A stretch of DNA of 64,000 nt from Paraspadella gotoi (Eukaryota; Animalia; Chaetognatha), in assembly GCA_051294375.1 (NCBI GenBank), contig CM119265.1:18586631-18650630 (forward strand), given 5' to 3'. Shown one piece after another: positions 26,970 through 39,639 of the stretch. Position numbers and translations under genes: made by a program. Position 1 is the stretch's first letter, and each line of letters begins with the position of its first letter. The notes under the pieces are model-generated. The model ran no database searches. It saw nothing but the letters and a program-made list of their open reading frames with translations, and had not been told where the DNA came from.

Positions 26970-29900
26970 ATGCCACTTTTTGAAAATGGAGTGCGGGGAG
27001 AGATCGCATCCTCTGTCGGGTTACCTTCTGACAACGACTTCGACGTTAACGCCGATGCTTCAGGCACGAAGGGTAAAAAGGTGGCCACCTTGCGAACCTC
27101 TGAATCTTTGGAGGAGGCCACGGAGATAATTGTGGAGGTAGACGTGCTTAAGCAAAAGGTAAACATAATGCTTAACAACCGTTTGAGATTTTATAAAAAA
27201 AAAATATTTTCGTCTCCCGTCAGCGGTGTCGAGTCGCACCACGCCTCATTCTCCTGAAAGCCATGTATTTTACCTTCTGCTGCGGTCAGGCACTGGTGTG
27301 GCCCTATATCGCCAACTACCTCAACGCGCTCGGCCTGACCTTTAAAGAGACGGCCACTATTTTTGGCCTCATGCCCTTCGTGGGTCTCTTGACTCGGCCG
27401 CTTCTTTCCTTTCTCGCTGACCGAACTCGGTCTCACAAGATCGTCGCCATCGCCTGTGTGGTGGCGTGGATGGCGTCCTACGAATTTCTCCTTTTAGCCG
27501 ACGAGCGCGAGTCGAACGGAAACATTACGGCCATCAGCGACGTTAACTTTGTGTCGAGTGGAGCCTCGGTAGACAGGACGTTCGTAGCGGCGTTGATGTG
27601 CGTCATGTTGATCAATGCCTCCTTCGCGCCAGCCTACGCTCTTTTTGACGCTATGGTGTTCAACCTATTGGGCACGAATTCGGAAGGATACGGAAAACAG
27701 AGGATGTGGGGCACGCTGGGGTTCATGATTTTTTCTGTCGTTGGGGGTTTCGGTGAGCGTAAAATAGTTTAGTCATTGTTTAACTAATAGAATTAGACCC
27801 CAGCAAAACAGAATTATATTTTCGAGATGAAATTTAATAATTACCCGGCTTTAACTATGGCAAAAAGCTAACGTAAATACGGGAAATATTTAGGGAGTGG
27901 GGGTTAGTTGAAATAGGTGAAAAACAAACAAAAAACATGAACGCATCATTGCCGTGCGACCATGAATATTTGTTGTTTTTTTTTCCTATTCAAACTTTCC
28001 TTTCCCCCTTGACCCTAAGCCCGAGAACGGTTTTAAGGTTTGACCCATCTGGGAAGCGTGGCGGACTCATATTGGCTTCGCATTCACATCAACTCTGGTT
28101 TTTGCATTATCTCCATTGTCTGCATCGCGTTTCTCAAGGTTCACTTCCACAAAGAGAGAAAATCGGCTGATATCGGTGAGAAAAAGGATATGAAATTGGT
28201 ACAACCAATATAAAAATTATCCATTCCTGTAATAACTAAGTTAGTATGGCAACGGGGGGACAATGTCCCCCGGGGACATGTGTGATGCATCTCCCGACAG
28301 CTGGCGCTCAGGGCTTTGGACTTGCAGTGACCACCCCATGTCACTGGCCTGTTTATGCCGACACCATCACACTTTAACCAGCGTGACCGTGAGGGGATTG
28401 ATCGCGAAACTCACGGTTGGTGAACGAGTACTTTGCTGTCCAAGCCAATGGGACGAGCTGAGTTTCTCCAAGCTATACGGGGGGCGAATTTAGGATTCGC
28501 CACCATAGCTTGCCCGCGACTTTGGGCCCAATGGGCAGGCAACAAGTAATGTAAGCGAGATTTAGTCCCAACGACATAATTGACTAATGATAATTTTTCA
28601 GTTCAAACCCCCGCCCATCCGCCGGAGTCACCACTACTGGAGAGCGCTGGTGCTGCTCGCCGGCCTCCTGACGATAACCAGGCGCACATGTCCACGAGAA
28701 GACAGTGCGCGAGGTTGGTGCGAAACTGCCGCATCATGGCGTTTATTCTCAGCATTTTTACGTTCGGCTGTTTGGGTGGATACCACGAGTCTTACTACGG
28801 GATGTTCATGCAAAAAGCATTGGATGCAACGCAGGGGCAGATGGGGCTGGCTATGGCATCCGCTACTTTTGCCGAAATCATCTTCTTCTTCTTCAGGTTT
28901 ATAGTACTAGTAGCGTTTCAAGCTTTTTTTAATTTAGGTAGTGTTTACATTCCTCGGATGCTAAACTGAAAATAAAAAAAAAAAACTGCTTAAATACAGG
29001 TAGTATACGTACTGCCAACACTAATAGAGGGAGAAATTTTCATTTCATATTTTATTTAAAATTTTACGGAATTTTCCCTTTCTTGCCCCCCGTTTTTGGT
29101 CGTACATTGTTTCCAATTCTAATCCTAGCGGTGCCCTGAATGCCCGTCTCGGGTATGATGTGTGCCTTCTCCTCGTATATTTGGCCTATATGGGCCGGTT
29201 CTTCGCTTACTTCTTCGTCGAAGATGGCTGGGTGCTTCCTCCCATCGATTTGCTGCACGGCCTCACGTTCGGTCTCATGTGGGCAACCTCCGCCTCTTAT
29301 GCTCACGTCATCGCTCCGACGGGACTTGCCGCCACGCTACAGGCGAGCTTTATGCGCGATTGGAATTGCTGTATTTTCTCTTGTTTTGAACAAGGTCTGG
29401 TTAAGTATCTTGAATTCAATTTTTTTTTTTATTTTAATGCACACAATTCGTCATAAAATAAACAAGTTTGAGCAAACAATGTCGGATCTGCCTACGATAA
29501 TTAAGCGGTAATCTGCTAATCAGATGATAAATCACAATAATTCTTTAACAGATCGTACCATACCAAACCAGTTGCATCATATTTTCAACTCGCATCATAT
29601 TTTCAACTCGCATCATATTTTCAACTCGCATCATATTTTCAACTCGCATCATATTTTCAACTCGCATCATATTTTCAACTCGCATCATATTTTCAACTCG
29701 CATCATATTTTCAACTCGCATCATATTTTCAACTCGCATCATATTTTCAACTCGCATCATATTTTCAACTCGCATCATATTTTCAACTCGCATCATATTT
29801 TCAACTCGCAATCTACCAATCAATCATTTTATCTGAGAGAGAGAAAGAGAAACTTAAAACAACTTCAAGTGAATGTGACTTTTTTTTCATTTCCGCTCGC

Positions 29901-32100
29901 AAGATTCCGTCAAAACTATATATCTTGCTAAATCACACACATTCCTACCTACAAAAAATTTTATCTTAATCTATCCATCCAATTATGATTAATTCGAGTA
30001 ATCATGGGTTAAAATTTGTAAAAAGATTTAAGTAAATGTGACTTATTTTTTTTCTATTTAAACTTATTTCCACTTGCACGATTCAATCAAAACTTTATAT
30101 CCAGCTCAATAACACAATTTCCTACCCGCACATAAAATTTTATTCTAATCCAACCATCCAATCACGAGTAATTGGAGTTTGTGCTAAGGGGGAGGACGGA
30201 CGGACAGACGGACATCATTTTTTCTTGCATAATTTATCATAATTCGATGTTCTGACGTGATTAAGTGAGTGCCCGACAAGATTTAGGGGGGGACCGACAG
30301 ACCGACAAAGTGGATTATAGAGTCGGGATCTGCTTATAAGCAGATCCGACTAAAAAAGGAAGTGATACTGATTTCTAAGTTTTGAATCATTACCCTGTAT
30401 ACGACGAAATATTCTAATAATGTTTCAAATACTCCACCGTAATAAACTGTTTGANNNNNNNNNNNNNNNNNNNNNNNNNAGTTTCTCTTTCTCTCTCTCA
30501 GATAAAATGATTGATTGGTAGATTGCGAGTTGAAAATATGATGCGAGTTGAAAATATGATGCGAGTTGAAAATATGATGCGAGTTGAAAATATGATGCGA
30601 GTTGAAAATATGATGCGAGTTGAAAATATGATGCGAGTTGAAAATATGATGCGAGTTGAAAATATGATGCGAGTTGAAAATATGATGCGAGTTGAAAATA
30701 TGATGCGAGTTGAAAATATGATGCGAGTTTAAAAATATGTGGCTAGGATTAAAATATATGGCAGTTGAAAATATGATGCGAGTTGAAAATATGATGCGAG
30801 TTGAAAATATGATGCAACTGGTTTGGTATGGTACGATCTGTTAAAGAATTATTGTGATTTATCATCTGATTAGCAGATTACCGCTTAATTATCGTAGGCA
30901 GATCCGACATTGTTTGCTCAAACTTGTTTATTTTATGACGAATTGTGTGCATTAAAATAAAAAAAAAAATTGAATTCAAGATACTTAACCAGACCTTGTT
31001 CTAACTATTAATGCAATGCGATAGACACTGTTACAAAAACCACTCCTGCCACAGCACCCGAAAGAATCACAGCTCCTCTTCATAAACGCTTCCGAAAGAT
31101 TGAGTCAAAACTCAGAGACGGTTTACTCGAGGCTAACATTATTTTGGTTAAAAGTCATATGGGCCCCCCGGCCCCCACCTTTAACTGTGCTAAGTAGGGC
31201 GTTTTAAAGGGAATATGATATGGATATCCATTGGATAATATCAAGCCCAAAAATCTTTCAGTCAAAAATCAAAATGTTGCTGCATCTGAAATCTTTTTTT
31301 TTTCAGCTCTAAACAATAATGCCCTTTATTGCCTCTTCATAGATCTCAAGAAATGAAGTCTCAGTACTACAGTACTCGGTATTACAGTAAGACTGCAGCA
31401 ATGTTTTTTTACCAAGTAGCAAAAATATAAGGAAATGGTTTTTTTATCTGATGCTACAGTAGATTGCATTATGCTATTTACTGGATATTTCATACATAAT
31501 TCCAACTACATTAGTTATTGTTTTCACAAGCTTACAGAGATCGCACTCAGCCAGAAAGACCACTACAGTAAATAAAACCTATATAAAAAATAGAAAACAT
31601 CAGTGATTATTTTGATGTATTATAAAATAAAATTTAATAATTTTTTGCCATTTAAATCTAATAGTAAATTCTATTATAAGTTTTGATTCACTACCCTGTA
31701 CAATGTACAGTGTACATATTATTAATGATAAAAATTTGCATGGGAGAGTTGCGCTACATTAAATTTCATCGTGTCTTACTTTTTTTTTTTAACCTAATCA
31801 TTATATGTTCTTCCATCGCTGTTTACATTTCTTTGATATCCTTCCATTCAGGGCCTCATGGGCAGCATGTATTTTAATGCCGGCAAAGGGGTCGGCAGCC
31901 TTATAGGCGGAATGTTATTCGGAGCAATCGGAGGTCGCCGAACTTTTCTAATACTTTCCATCGCCGCTCTTTTGTTTGGCGCAATATATGCTATTTACCT
32001 ATTTTTGAGACAGAAACACTGCTGCGGGTCCAGTCCGACGAAAAAAACAAAAGGCCGAGTTGCCATCCCAGCTCGAGATCTCGGCGCCGCTGTGAGATAG
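26970..32100 (+). CDS. MFSD6: MFSD6-like major facilitator transporter (multi-exon; start uncertain)
   Basis: Motifs LLKAMYFTF, PLLSFLADR, YGKQRMWGTLG, AEIIFFFFSG, LLHGLTFGLMW and TLQ|GLMGSMYFNAGKGVGSLIGG. Stop at 32100. Confidence 0.8.
28240..28546 (-). mobile_element. SINE-like structured element copy 3 (divergent subfamily) in an MFSD6 intron
   Basis: GC-rich island. Minus strand reads TATGGTGGCGAATCCTAAATTCGCC hairpin, a degenerate tRNA-like stretch (CATTGG...CCAACCGTGAG...), a twister fold, and a 3' hairpin ATGTCCCC-G-GGGGACAT. Boundaries approximate. Confidence 0.65.
28300..28382 (-). ncRNA. Type-P5 twister ribozyme, near-consensus
   Basis: GCTGG(P5)-TTAAA-GTGT(P2')-GA-TGG(T1')-TG-TCGG-CA(P1)-TAA-ACAG(P2)-GC-CAGTGAC/GTCACTG(P3)-CAAG-TCCAAAGC(L4)-CCTG-AGCG-CCAGC(P5'). 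T1 (CCA/UGG) and T2 (GC/GC) are intact. One mismatch each in P2 and P4. Predicted site U28355/A28354. Confidence 0.8.
29460..30356 (-). mobile_element. DINE-1/HINE-like element with internal 18-bp tandem array
   Basis: Same 5' hairpin, GTCY microsatellite and 3' stem-loop as 12521-13135, on the reverse strand. Confidence 0.7.
29574..29810. repeat. 18-bp tandem repeat (GCATCATATTTTCAACTC) x ~13
   Basis: Directly visible; it generates the spurious HHIFNS and RVENMM ORFs. Confidence 0.95.
30455..30479. other. Assembly gap
   Basis: Run of 25 N. Confidence 0.99.
30480..31001 (+). repeat. Inverted near-identical copy of 29388-29854, including the 18-bp array
   Basis: Reverse-complement match from AGTTTCTCTTTC to ACCAGACCTTGTTC. 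It begins right at the gap. Confidence 0.9.
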
Positions 32101-32754
32101 TATTGATCCTGCGTTCTGTTTCTATCCATGTAATTAAAATTTCACTGTAATTTCAACTCGCATAATATGGTAATTGGTTTTTGTCGGTTGACCCTTGAGT
32201 AGGGTAATGAAACAAATTCCCCCCCAATCAAGTTTGTTGTTAGATGTTAATTTGCTAAAGAAAACACCACTAAACTGGCCTGTTAATTTTTTATGTTCAA
32301 AATAAACATCATTTTTACTATAAACCTTTTGATTTACTTTAAATAAAGCGAAACAGTATCACAAAAGCCGCAGGGTTTATTTTTAGAAAAAAAATATCGG
32401 ATTTGACGATAGTTACGGCCAAGCGGCTACAACAACCGGCAACGAAGAAAGAATAGATAAAGGGATTTATTAATGGAAGTAAAGTCTACATATACTCTTC
32501 TGAAAAAAAATGTTTAAGAGCGAAAAGCACCACGTCAACCAACAATCATCACTCCCTACATGCCGTTTATACATATATTTGGAGTATCCAGTATTCATTG
32601 TAAATGTAGATGTCTGAATTTCAGTAGTTAACAATTTCGGTCTTTTTTTTACACGATAACCTCCTTTGCAAAAATAAATTAAAGGTTAGCGTTCATTATC
32701 GGGCAAAAGCAACAAAGAGTGAATAAATAAGGTGAAAAAATATCAAGGGAGACG

Positions 32755-35700
32755 CTATCGCGAAATATATGATGCAGATTGCTTATGTTGTAAGTAATGA
32801 AGAATAAAATGAATTAATTGGAAATAACTTTCTTGCTGCCGAAAACGAATCGCTCCATCGCAGTTATAGTTCGGATTTGGCTTCCTGCGCCACCGATTTT
32901 TCTGCTGTTGCTGTCATCAGAGCGTCCAGTACATCGTCGCCGCCGGGAACCGCCGATATACAGCTCAGCGCCGCTTCGAGATCGTCCTCTTGGCTGTCCA
33001 TCTGATGGATGAACGATTATTTAACATTCTAATTTCTATAAAATAGAAAAATTCTTTAAATTTAAAAATGAATAGAGAAGCATACTGAAAATGAAAACTA
33101 TTCTTTTATCCTTGCCCTTATTAATACCACTTCATTGATAGGGAAGCCAGGTAGTCTGAGAGTTTTGATTGAAAGCTTCCAAGGTCCTGCTATGTTATTG
33201 TCTTGTAAGAGTTACTAAAAGTCAGGGGCAAGATGGCTTATTTATTAAATGAATGCAAATTTTTTATATTTTTATACCAATTTCTTAATGGCAATCCATC
33301 CATCACTGTTGCAATGAAAACGTCTACCTCTTGTAAATCAATGGATCCTCCATCGCTACTGTCGCCCTGTCCCCCAAGCTCGTCGTCGAAGACAGCTGAT
33401 ACTCCACTCCCTTCGCTGACTGGTCCTGATGCCTCGTGACTTTCCTCGGCGACCAGGATCTCGTACTCTTCGGCGGCATAGCGATCCCAGTCCGACACTT
33501 CGTTGCCCTCGGAGTCGTACTCCTTAGGAATACAATGGAAGGTTAATTTTATGACGATTGGTTCTTTTATACAATTTAGATACGTAGTTCAAGGAAAAAT
33601 TGAACAAATTCAATATTGTTAATAGGGAAGCCAGGTACTCTTGGAGTCTTGATTGAAAGCTTGGACACTACCGCTACATGGTAACTCCAAGATAGCTTAT
33701 TTATTGAATTACTAGAAAAAGTGAAGGTTTTTCATTTTTGGATGCACTAAATAATGGATCAATCAGTCATTCAAAATTACCATAACTTTATGTATATATC
33801 TTTAAAACGAAGCTTAACTTTTTACACATGTGTAATGTTATATGTAATTTCCGTTAATTTTTTTTCCGATTATTTTCCGCCTACCTTAACACAGGCGAAG
33901 GGGTCTCGCTGTTCGTGATCGATGTACTTTTCCACGTTGAGGAACGTGTCATAAAAGACGTGACAAAGACGCCGATTCCGCTTTAGGTCGCCCAGGGTGA
34001 TGACGCCCTTGTGCTCGGGATTGATCATGTCCAGCATCTGAAAGAATTTGGAAGGAAAATTGAGCAGCCTACAGTAGGGCGTTGAAAAATATACGAAAGA
34101 TATAACAAATCAAGTGAGGTACATAGCTATTTTAGTGTAATAAATAATTCGATGATGATAACCATTTTTTTGATTAGTCTCATCTTCTTTGTCGGAAATG
34201 GCGATTTTTGCAGCATATAAGGTGCTATTAAAATGGAGCAAACATTGTAGAGTATAAGAAACTCAAATTATTAAGATTTTATAAAAGCCATATTTAACTT
34301 ACTAATATGAAAATAAAGACCCATATAAATATTTTGGTAAGTTTATTTACAAATTTTATATTTTATTAATAGTTTGTTAGCTATATTTATTAATAAATAA
34401 TAATAAAAAATAAGTTAAAGTGAAAAAATAAAAATTTTAAAATTTTAAAATCGGATTTGAATTCCTTACAAAAAGTTAGTATAAGAAGGTATAATCCATT
34501 TTTAAAAAAATCTTTCATTAAGTAGGTTAAAAATATTAAAAACTATTATTTTTGTTTAATTTTTCAATTTTTCGCTTAAAATTATAGTTTTTCTGAATTT
34601 TGACCAACTTAATGACATAATTTTGATATAAAAATTATATTTTCTTATATCAACTTTTTCCAAAGAATGCAAATCCATGAAAAAATTTTTGAAATTATTA
34701 TTTTTTAACTTTAGCCCAATTTTTACTCATAATTATTAATAAATATAGTTAACTAACTTTTTATAAAACATAAAATTTAAAAATAAACTTACCAAAATAT
34801 TTTTATAAGTTTTTATTTTTATATTTCAAAAGCTCATATAATTTTTTTAAATTTTAATAATTTGATTTATCATAACTTATAATGGTTTTGCTATTTTATA
34901 ACAATTTTATAAACATTAAAAACCGCCATTTCCGACAAGAAAGATAAAATTATACAAAAAAATGGTCATCACCGTCGAATTCTACAGACTACATTACACT
35001 AAAATAGGCTATGTACCTCACTTGATTTGTTATATTTTGTTATTTTTCAACGCTCTAGCGTACAGGCAGATAGCGACTGGTGGTTTAACCCGATTTGTCT
35101 TACCTGACAAAGACAATCTTCAAATGGCAGAGGCTCGATGCAGAGCGCCTCCATCCTCTGACGCTGCTCGTCGTAGAAGTATTCGAGCTCGTACATGGAA
35201 AGGGCGCCATCACCGTCTACGTCCATACAGCGGAACCAGTACTCGATCCTGTCGTGGTGATTAAGGAATGAGCGTGACGATTTTATTTAACTATTTAAAG
35301 AGGGGTAAGCGAAATGCTTTTTCGGTAACCTCATACTTTTATTTGATTTTAATTTACGATTATTTCTCTCATAAAATTTTTTTAGCCTTTTTAAGTTTTT
35401 GTATCGCTCAGTCAAAAGGCTAAAAACCCAACGATATAAATCTCTTGGTCCGTCCAGGGATCCTTTTCTCTCGAAATTTTATTGCATTTTTAAAAAGGTT
35501 ACGCCCTTTTTAAAAGATCTAATAGAAAAAAATTGTTACAAGAATATTTAAAAAAATGCCCACGTTGGTTTTTCCTTTTAATGCAATTGAAAGAAGAAAG
35601 TTAATTGGCCAAAAGACGTGCGTCTCGGTTTTTCTTTTTGGTCGTATTTCAAAATTAAGTAAAATACATCGTGGAAAGGTGATAAAATTATGAGAAAAAA

Positions 35701-38700
35701 AAGTAAAATTTTAGCGAGATTTTTATCGTCAACTGTGATTCACAGTGTGAATGTTCCATTATAATTCCAAATCCAATTTCCGACTTACGCCGTCGGCGTC
35801 CTCTTATCCTCTTCCGACAAAAGGAACCAGATGAAATCGGCGTAAGTCATGAATCCGGTCGTGGACGGGTTCGTCCGGTAGACGGCCCCGGAAAAGACGC
35901 GGTCGATGACGCGTGCGGAGACGGCGAAGTCGTTGTGACGCAGAAGGTCTGCCTTGCTGATCTAAGGAATAGAATAAGTCGGGCGTCGAGAGTAAATATG
36001 GAGATATCAGAAATAAATAATTAATACATACTAAGTTTAAAATTTTTATTGACAAAATTGGATTTAACAGGAAAAAAGTCTCAGTAACACACAAATAATC
36101 AGTAACAGCGATAGATTCATCCTAACATTAGTTAAAAATCATTTTAATCCCCCCTAAAAAATAATTTTAGCCATTAGTTAATTTATGAATTACCTGCAAA
36201 TCATGATCCCGGTCGAGTTCCCAGAATTTGCAGTAAATGACGTAGAAATGCTCGTATGAAAAGTAATCTGTCACGTTGTTAATATCTTCTTCTTGTTCGA
36301 GCTTCGCTAAGATCTGAAATGGATTGTGGCCAAGTTCTAACTTCATTAATAATAGAATATGATTTTATTCACTAAAATAATTATATAGTATAAATATATA
36401 CGTAAAGTTAAATGAAAAAAAAAACTCGCCTTGAGAAAGCTGCTCTTTCTGAGTTCGGTGGCGGTGATTTTCCCCGACCAGGATCGATTAGTTGTGTAGA
36501 AAATTCGAGCGATCACAGTCATGATGTATCGGGGATGAAACGCCGGTGAATCCTGAAGATAAATCAATCATTCAATGGGTGTTTCGCCTTTTAACAATGA
36601 CAACAAGAGCAACCATGTATAATTTCTACCTGCAAGAACTGTAGGCCCGGATGAGTGTCTACGACGTCTTGAATCAGAGGATGCAGGTCATCCTGAGTCA
36701 AGTAGTTTGTGCCGGGTCTGCACAGCATCCGGACGAACCTCGAGGCTTCGTCGTGGAATTCGGTCGTCAACTCTGTCCACATAGACTGGAAAGAGTCGTA
36801 GGAGATATTTCCAGCGTCGCCGCCAACGCAAGCCGCCCACAAGGCCCCCTGAGAAATTTGGGAATAATTAACGTAAAAATCCGTGGTAGTTTTCTCATTG
36901 CCACATAACGCAAAGACGAGTCGCTTAAAAAATGTTTACCTTCCAATACAGTGGAAGGTCCAAAGCCTTTGTCAAGTCCGCAATGCGCGTCTTGTCGAGC
37001 TTCCCGTCGTCGGCGCTGTCGAAGACAACTTTGGCGGCGCGGTGACATGCCTCTATCGCGTCGTCAACCCGCGCGGAAGCGTCGCGTCGTCCAAGGGGAA
37101 AGTAAAAAGGCGGGATGTTTTGGGGTTGTGGCCGCACGTTTGGCAGCTCGGGAGTCTTGGGCGGGCGTGGTGAAGGAGGAGAAACGACGGAGGATTGCGC
37201 GGATGGCAGCGTCGGCTGAAGTGGCTGAGGGGTAGGGGAAAGTGGGGATAGGGGCGAGGGAACTCCCGTGGGCGAGAGAGGAGGGGATGAAGACCCCAGA
37301 GGCGAGATCGGGGAGGGTGTCGAGGCGGGCGAAGCTGGAGGCGAGACGACCTTGGCCGAAACGGGAACGAGGTCGACGACGACGCCGTCGGAAATGTTTT
37401 CCTCGATCCTTTTAACCGTCTCCTTCTTGCCAGCGTCCTTTTTTGGCGCCTCCTTCTTGCTCGTATCCTTCTTGGCCGTCGCGATGGCCGCTTCTCTTTT
37501 CGCCGCCGCTGTCGTCGAAGCAGCTTCCTTTTTCGCGGCTGCCGCCGAAGCAGCTTCCTTTTTGGCAGCCGCCGCTGCCGCCGAAGCAGCTTCCTTTTTA
37601 GCCGCAGTCGCCGCCGCAGCTGCAGCCTTTGAGGATTCGATGCTATCTTTGGCTTGCGCCATGATGTCATCTAGCTTTTTCAACGCCTCTTCTTCCTTCG
37701 CTTTTATTGCTTTGTTGCCGCCGACGCCGATGACAGAACGATTTTTAGTCTTTTGATCGTCGTAAGCGTCCTTGGCGGCGTCCGACTTTATCTCGCTCGG
37801 CGCCGCGGCGTCCTTATTTTTTCCTGTTTCAACGCGCTCGATCTCGTAGGCAAAAGCCGCCGACGCCGTTGTTGGAACTCCAGAATCTGTCTTCAAAGGT
37901 TTAGCGACTTCCGGGGACTTTTCCAAAGCATCGATCGACGCCTGGAGACTATGACTCGATTTCGTCGCGGCACTGGGCGCCGATTTAGATTCTTTAGCTT
38001 CTCTGAGATTTTCCGCAGCCTTTCTCGCCTCCACCAGATCCTTGTCTCCCATGGGAGTCTCCTGTACAAGGGGCGCTTCTTCGACGACCTCCTTCGCCTT
38101 GTCTCTCGCCAACTCCTTTTCCAACTTGTTGTGCTTCTCCTTCAACGTCTTCGTCGACCAGTTGTCCGCCTCCAGGACGGCACCTCGATTGGAGAGTACC
38201 GGGGACGGAGATGTGGGCGTCGATTTGCCGCCGCTTTCCGGCGCCAGTGATTTTGGGGTTTCGACTGCCCGCTGAGGCCGCTTTTCTGGCTGCTCCTCTT
38301 TTTCCTTCTCCTCTGGTGCCCGCACCTGCAGCTGCACCTGCATCCCAGGCATCACGGCGCCGCGGTCGATTTTGATCACGTGGACCGAGGAAGGCGAAGG
38401 ATCGACGTGAATCTTTCCCGGCGCTGACTTGACCACCTTGGGTTCGAGGAAGATCGAGTTTTGCTTCTTTGACGGCGTCTCGATCTTGACGCTGACGGGA
38501 TTAGTACGCGCCGGCGTCGTAGTCGGCGTCGTTTTCGGCGACGATGGCGTCGCCGATGTCTCCTCCGTCAACTTTGCATTGAGTTCGTTCTGCAGCTGCT
38601 GCAGCTTCATGAGTCGGTTCTGCAGGCCGGGGGAATCCGGCGAGGCGCTGCGGTCGCCGTATTCGACCCGGATAGGCACTTGCCGCTGAACGGCTACCGG

Positions 38701-39639
38701 TCGGTCCGGACCAGGACCTCGCCGATTGGATGACGATGTTGGCGTCATGGCCGGGGATTTAGTGCCGCCTCGATCGTGCTGCACCGGAATCTGCCGGATA
38801 GGGGGAGATTCCGCCCGCGTGACCGGCGGCGTCGAACGACCACCGCCACCGCCACCCCCCGAGTGGAAAACTTGCACAGGAATCGATTTTCTTTCCTTAC
38901 TTGACGAAGCTGCGCTCTGCCCGCTCATCGCCGAAAGCGGGCGTCGCTCGGAGCCTGACTGGTGATGATGGTGATGATGATGTATGTGATGGGGGAATCT
39001 GATTCCGGAATCGGCCTCAGATGCGTCGGATCCGGTCGAGGGCGTCGGAGACGGCGGACCGGAAGTCCCGTTGGCCAAGTTGTTGATGCTGAACGCGCTG
39101 GAGTTGAGGGAGGAAGTGGGAGTGGAGGCTCGCGATGGTGACGGAGGTGGCGAGGGCGTCCCGCGAACGTGATGCACCGGTATGGCGCGCGCCTCGTGGG
39201 GCATGAGCCGAATGCGGCCGGAGCGACCCGAAGCCGGGCCTCCGAGATGAGGGTGCTGCGGGCGCGACGGCGGGCTCGTCGCGTGCTTCTCCATATTCAT
39301 GAGCGCGTTGACGGCGTCAGCGATGACTCGTTGGGCGTTTACCGTGTCGTCGTCACTGCGCCCCTCGCCTTCCCCGCTGCCCGATCGGCGCCGGCGTGGG
39401 GCGGCGTCATCCGAGTGCCCGGCGCCCGCGACGGCGCCGACGCCGCGTTTGTTGAGATTGAGCCTCTCTATGGCCTGGAGGATTGGATCGTCCTCGACGG
39501 GGATGCGGCGGATCATCTTGGGGGCGGAGGAGGAACGGGGCGTCGACGGGCCGCTCGAGGTTCCCGACGATCGGTGATCGGAAGACGTCGATGACGATCG
39601 GTTGGACGGGCGGATGGCCGCCGTTTGGTTCGCTTTGTC
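32755..39639 (-). CDS. PPP2R3: PP2A regulatory subunit B'' (PR72/PR130 family) with long low-complexity N-terminus; first exon(s) unresolved
   Basis: Motifs [83 protein letters not shown] and [18 protein letters not shown]. Giant exon at 36940-39639. Confidence 0.93.
33128..33287 (+). repeat. Dispersed repeat family (AAGTCAGGGGCAAGATAGCTTATTTATTAAATGAATGG...)
   Basis: Related copies at ~33621-33710, 39954-40022, 40136-40346, 58507-58580, 59785-59850 (reverse) and 28191-28226 (reverse, partial). Confidence 0.8.
34147..34980. mobile_element. Foldback/MITE with long imperfect inverted arms
   Basis: Termini ATTCGATGATGATAACCATTTTTT...TTGTCGGAAATGGCG versus CGCCATTTCCGACAA...AAAAAATGGTCATCACCGTCGAAT. 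The interior resembles 48110-48360. Confidence 0.75.
35295..35513. mobile_element. Possible short TTAA-flanked (Kolobok-like) element
   Basis: TTAA-AGAGGGGTAAGC ... GGTTACGCCCTTT-TTAA imperfect inverted ends. Confidence 0.35.

Noticed and set aside
29524-30732. HHIFNS / RVENMM repeat proteins, or a CRISPR array
   Set aside because: These are translations of an intronic 18-bp tandem repeat. There are no spacers and the context is eukaryotic.
37268-39594. Several long plus-strand ORFs
   Set aside because: They are antisense shadows of the GC-rich PPP2R3 giant exon.
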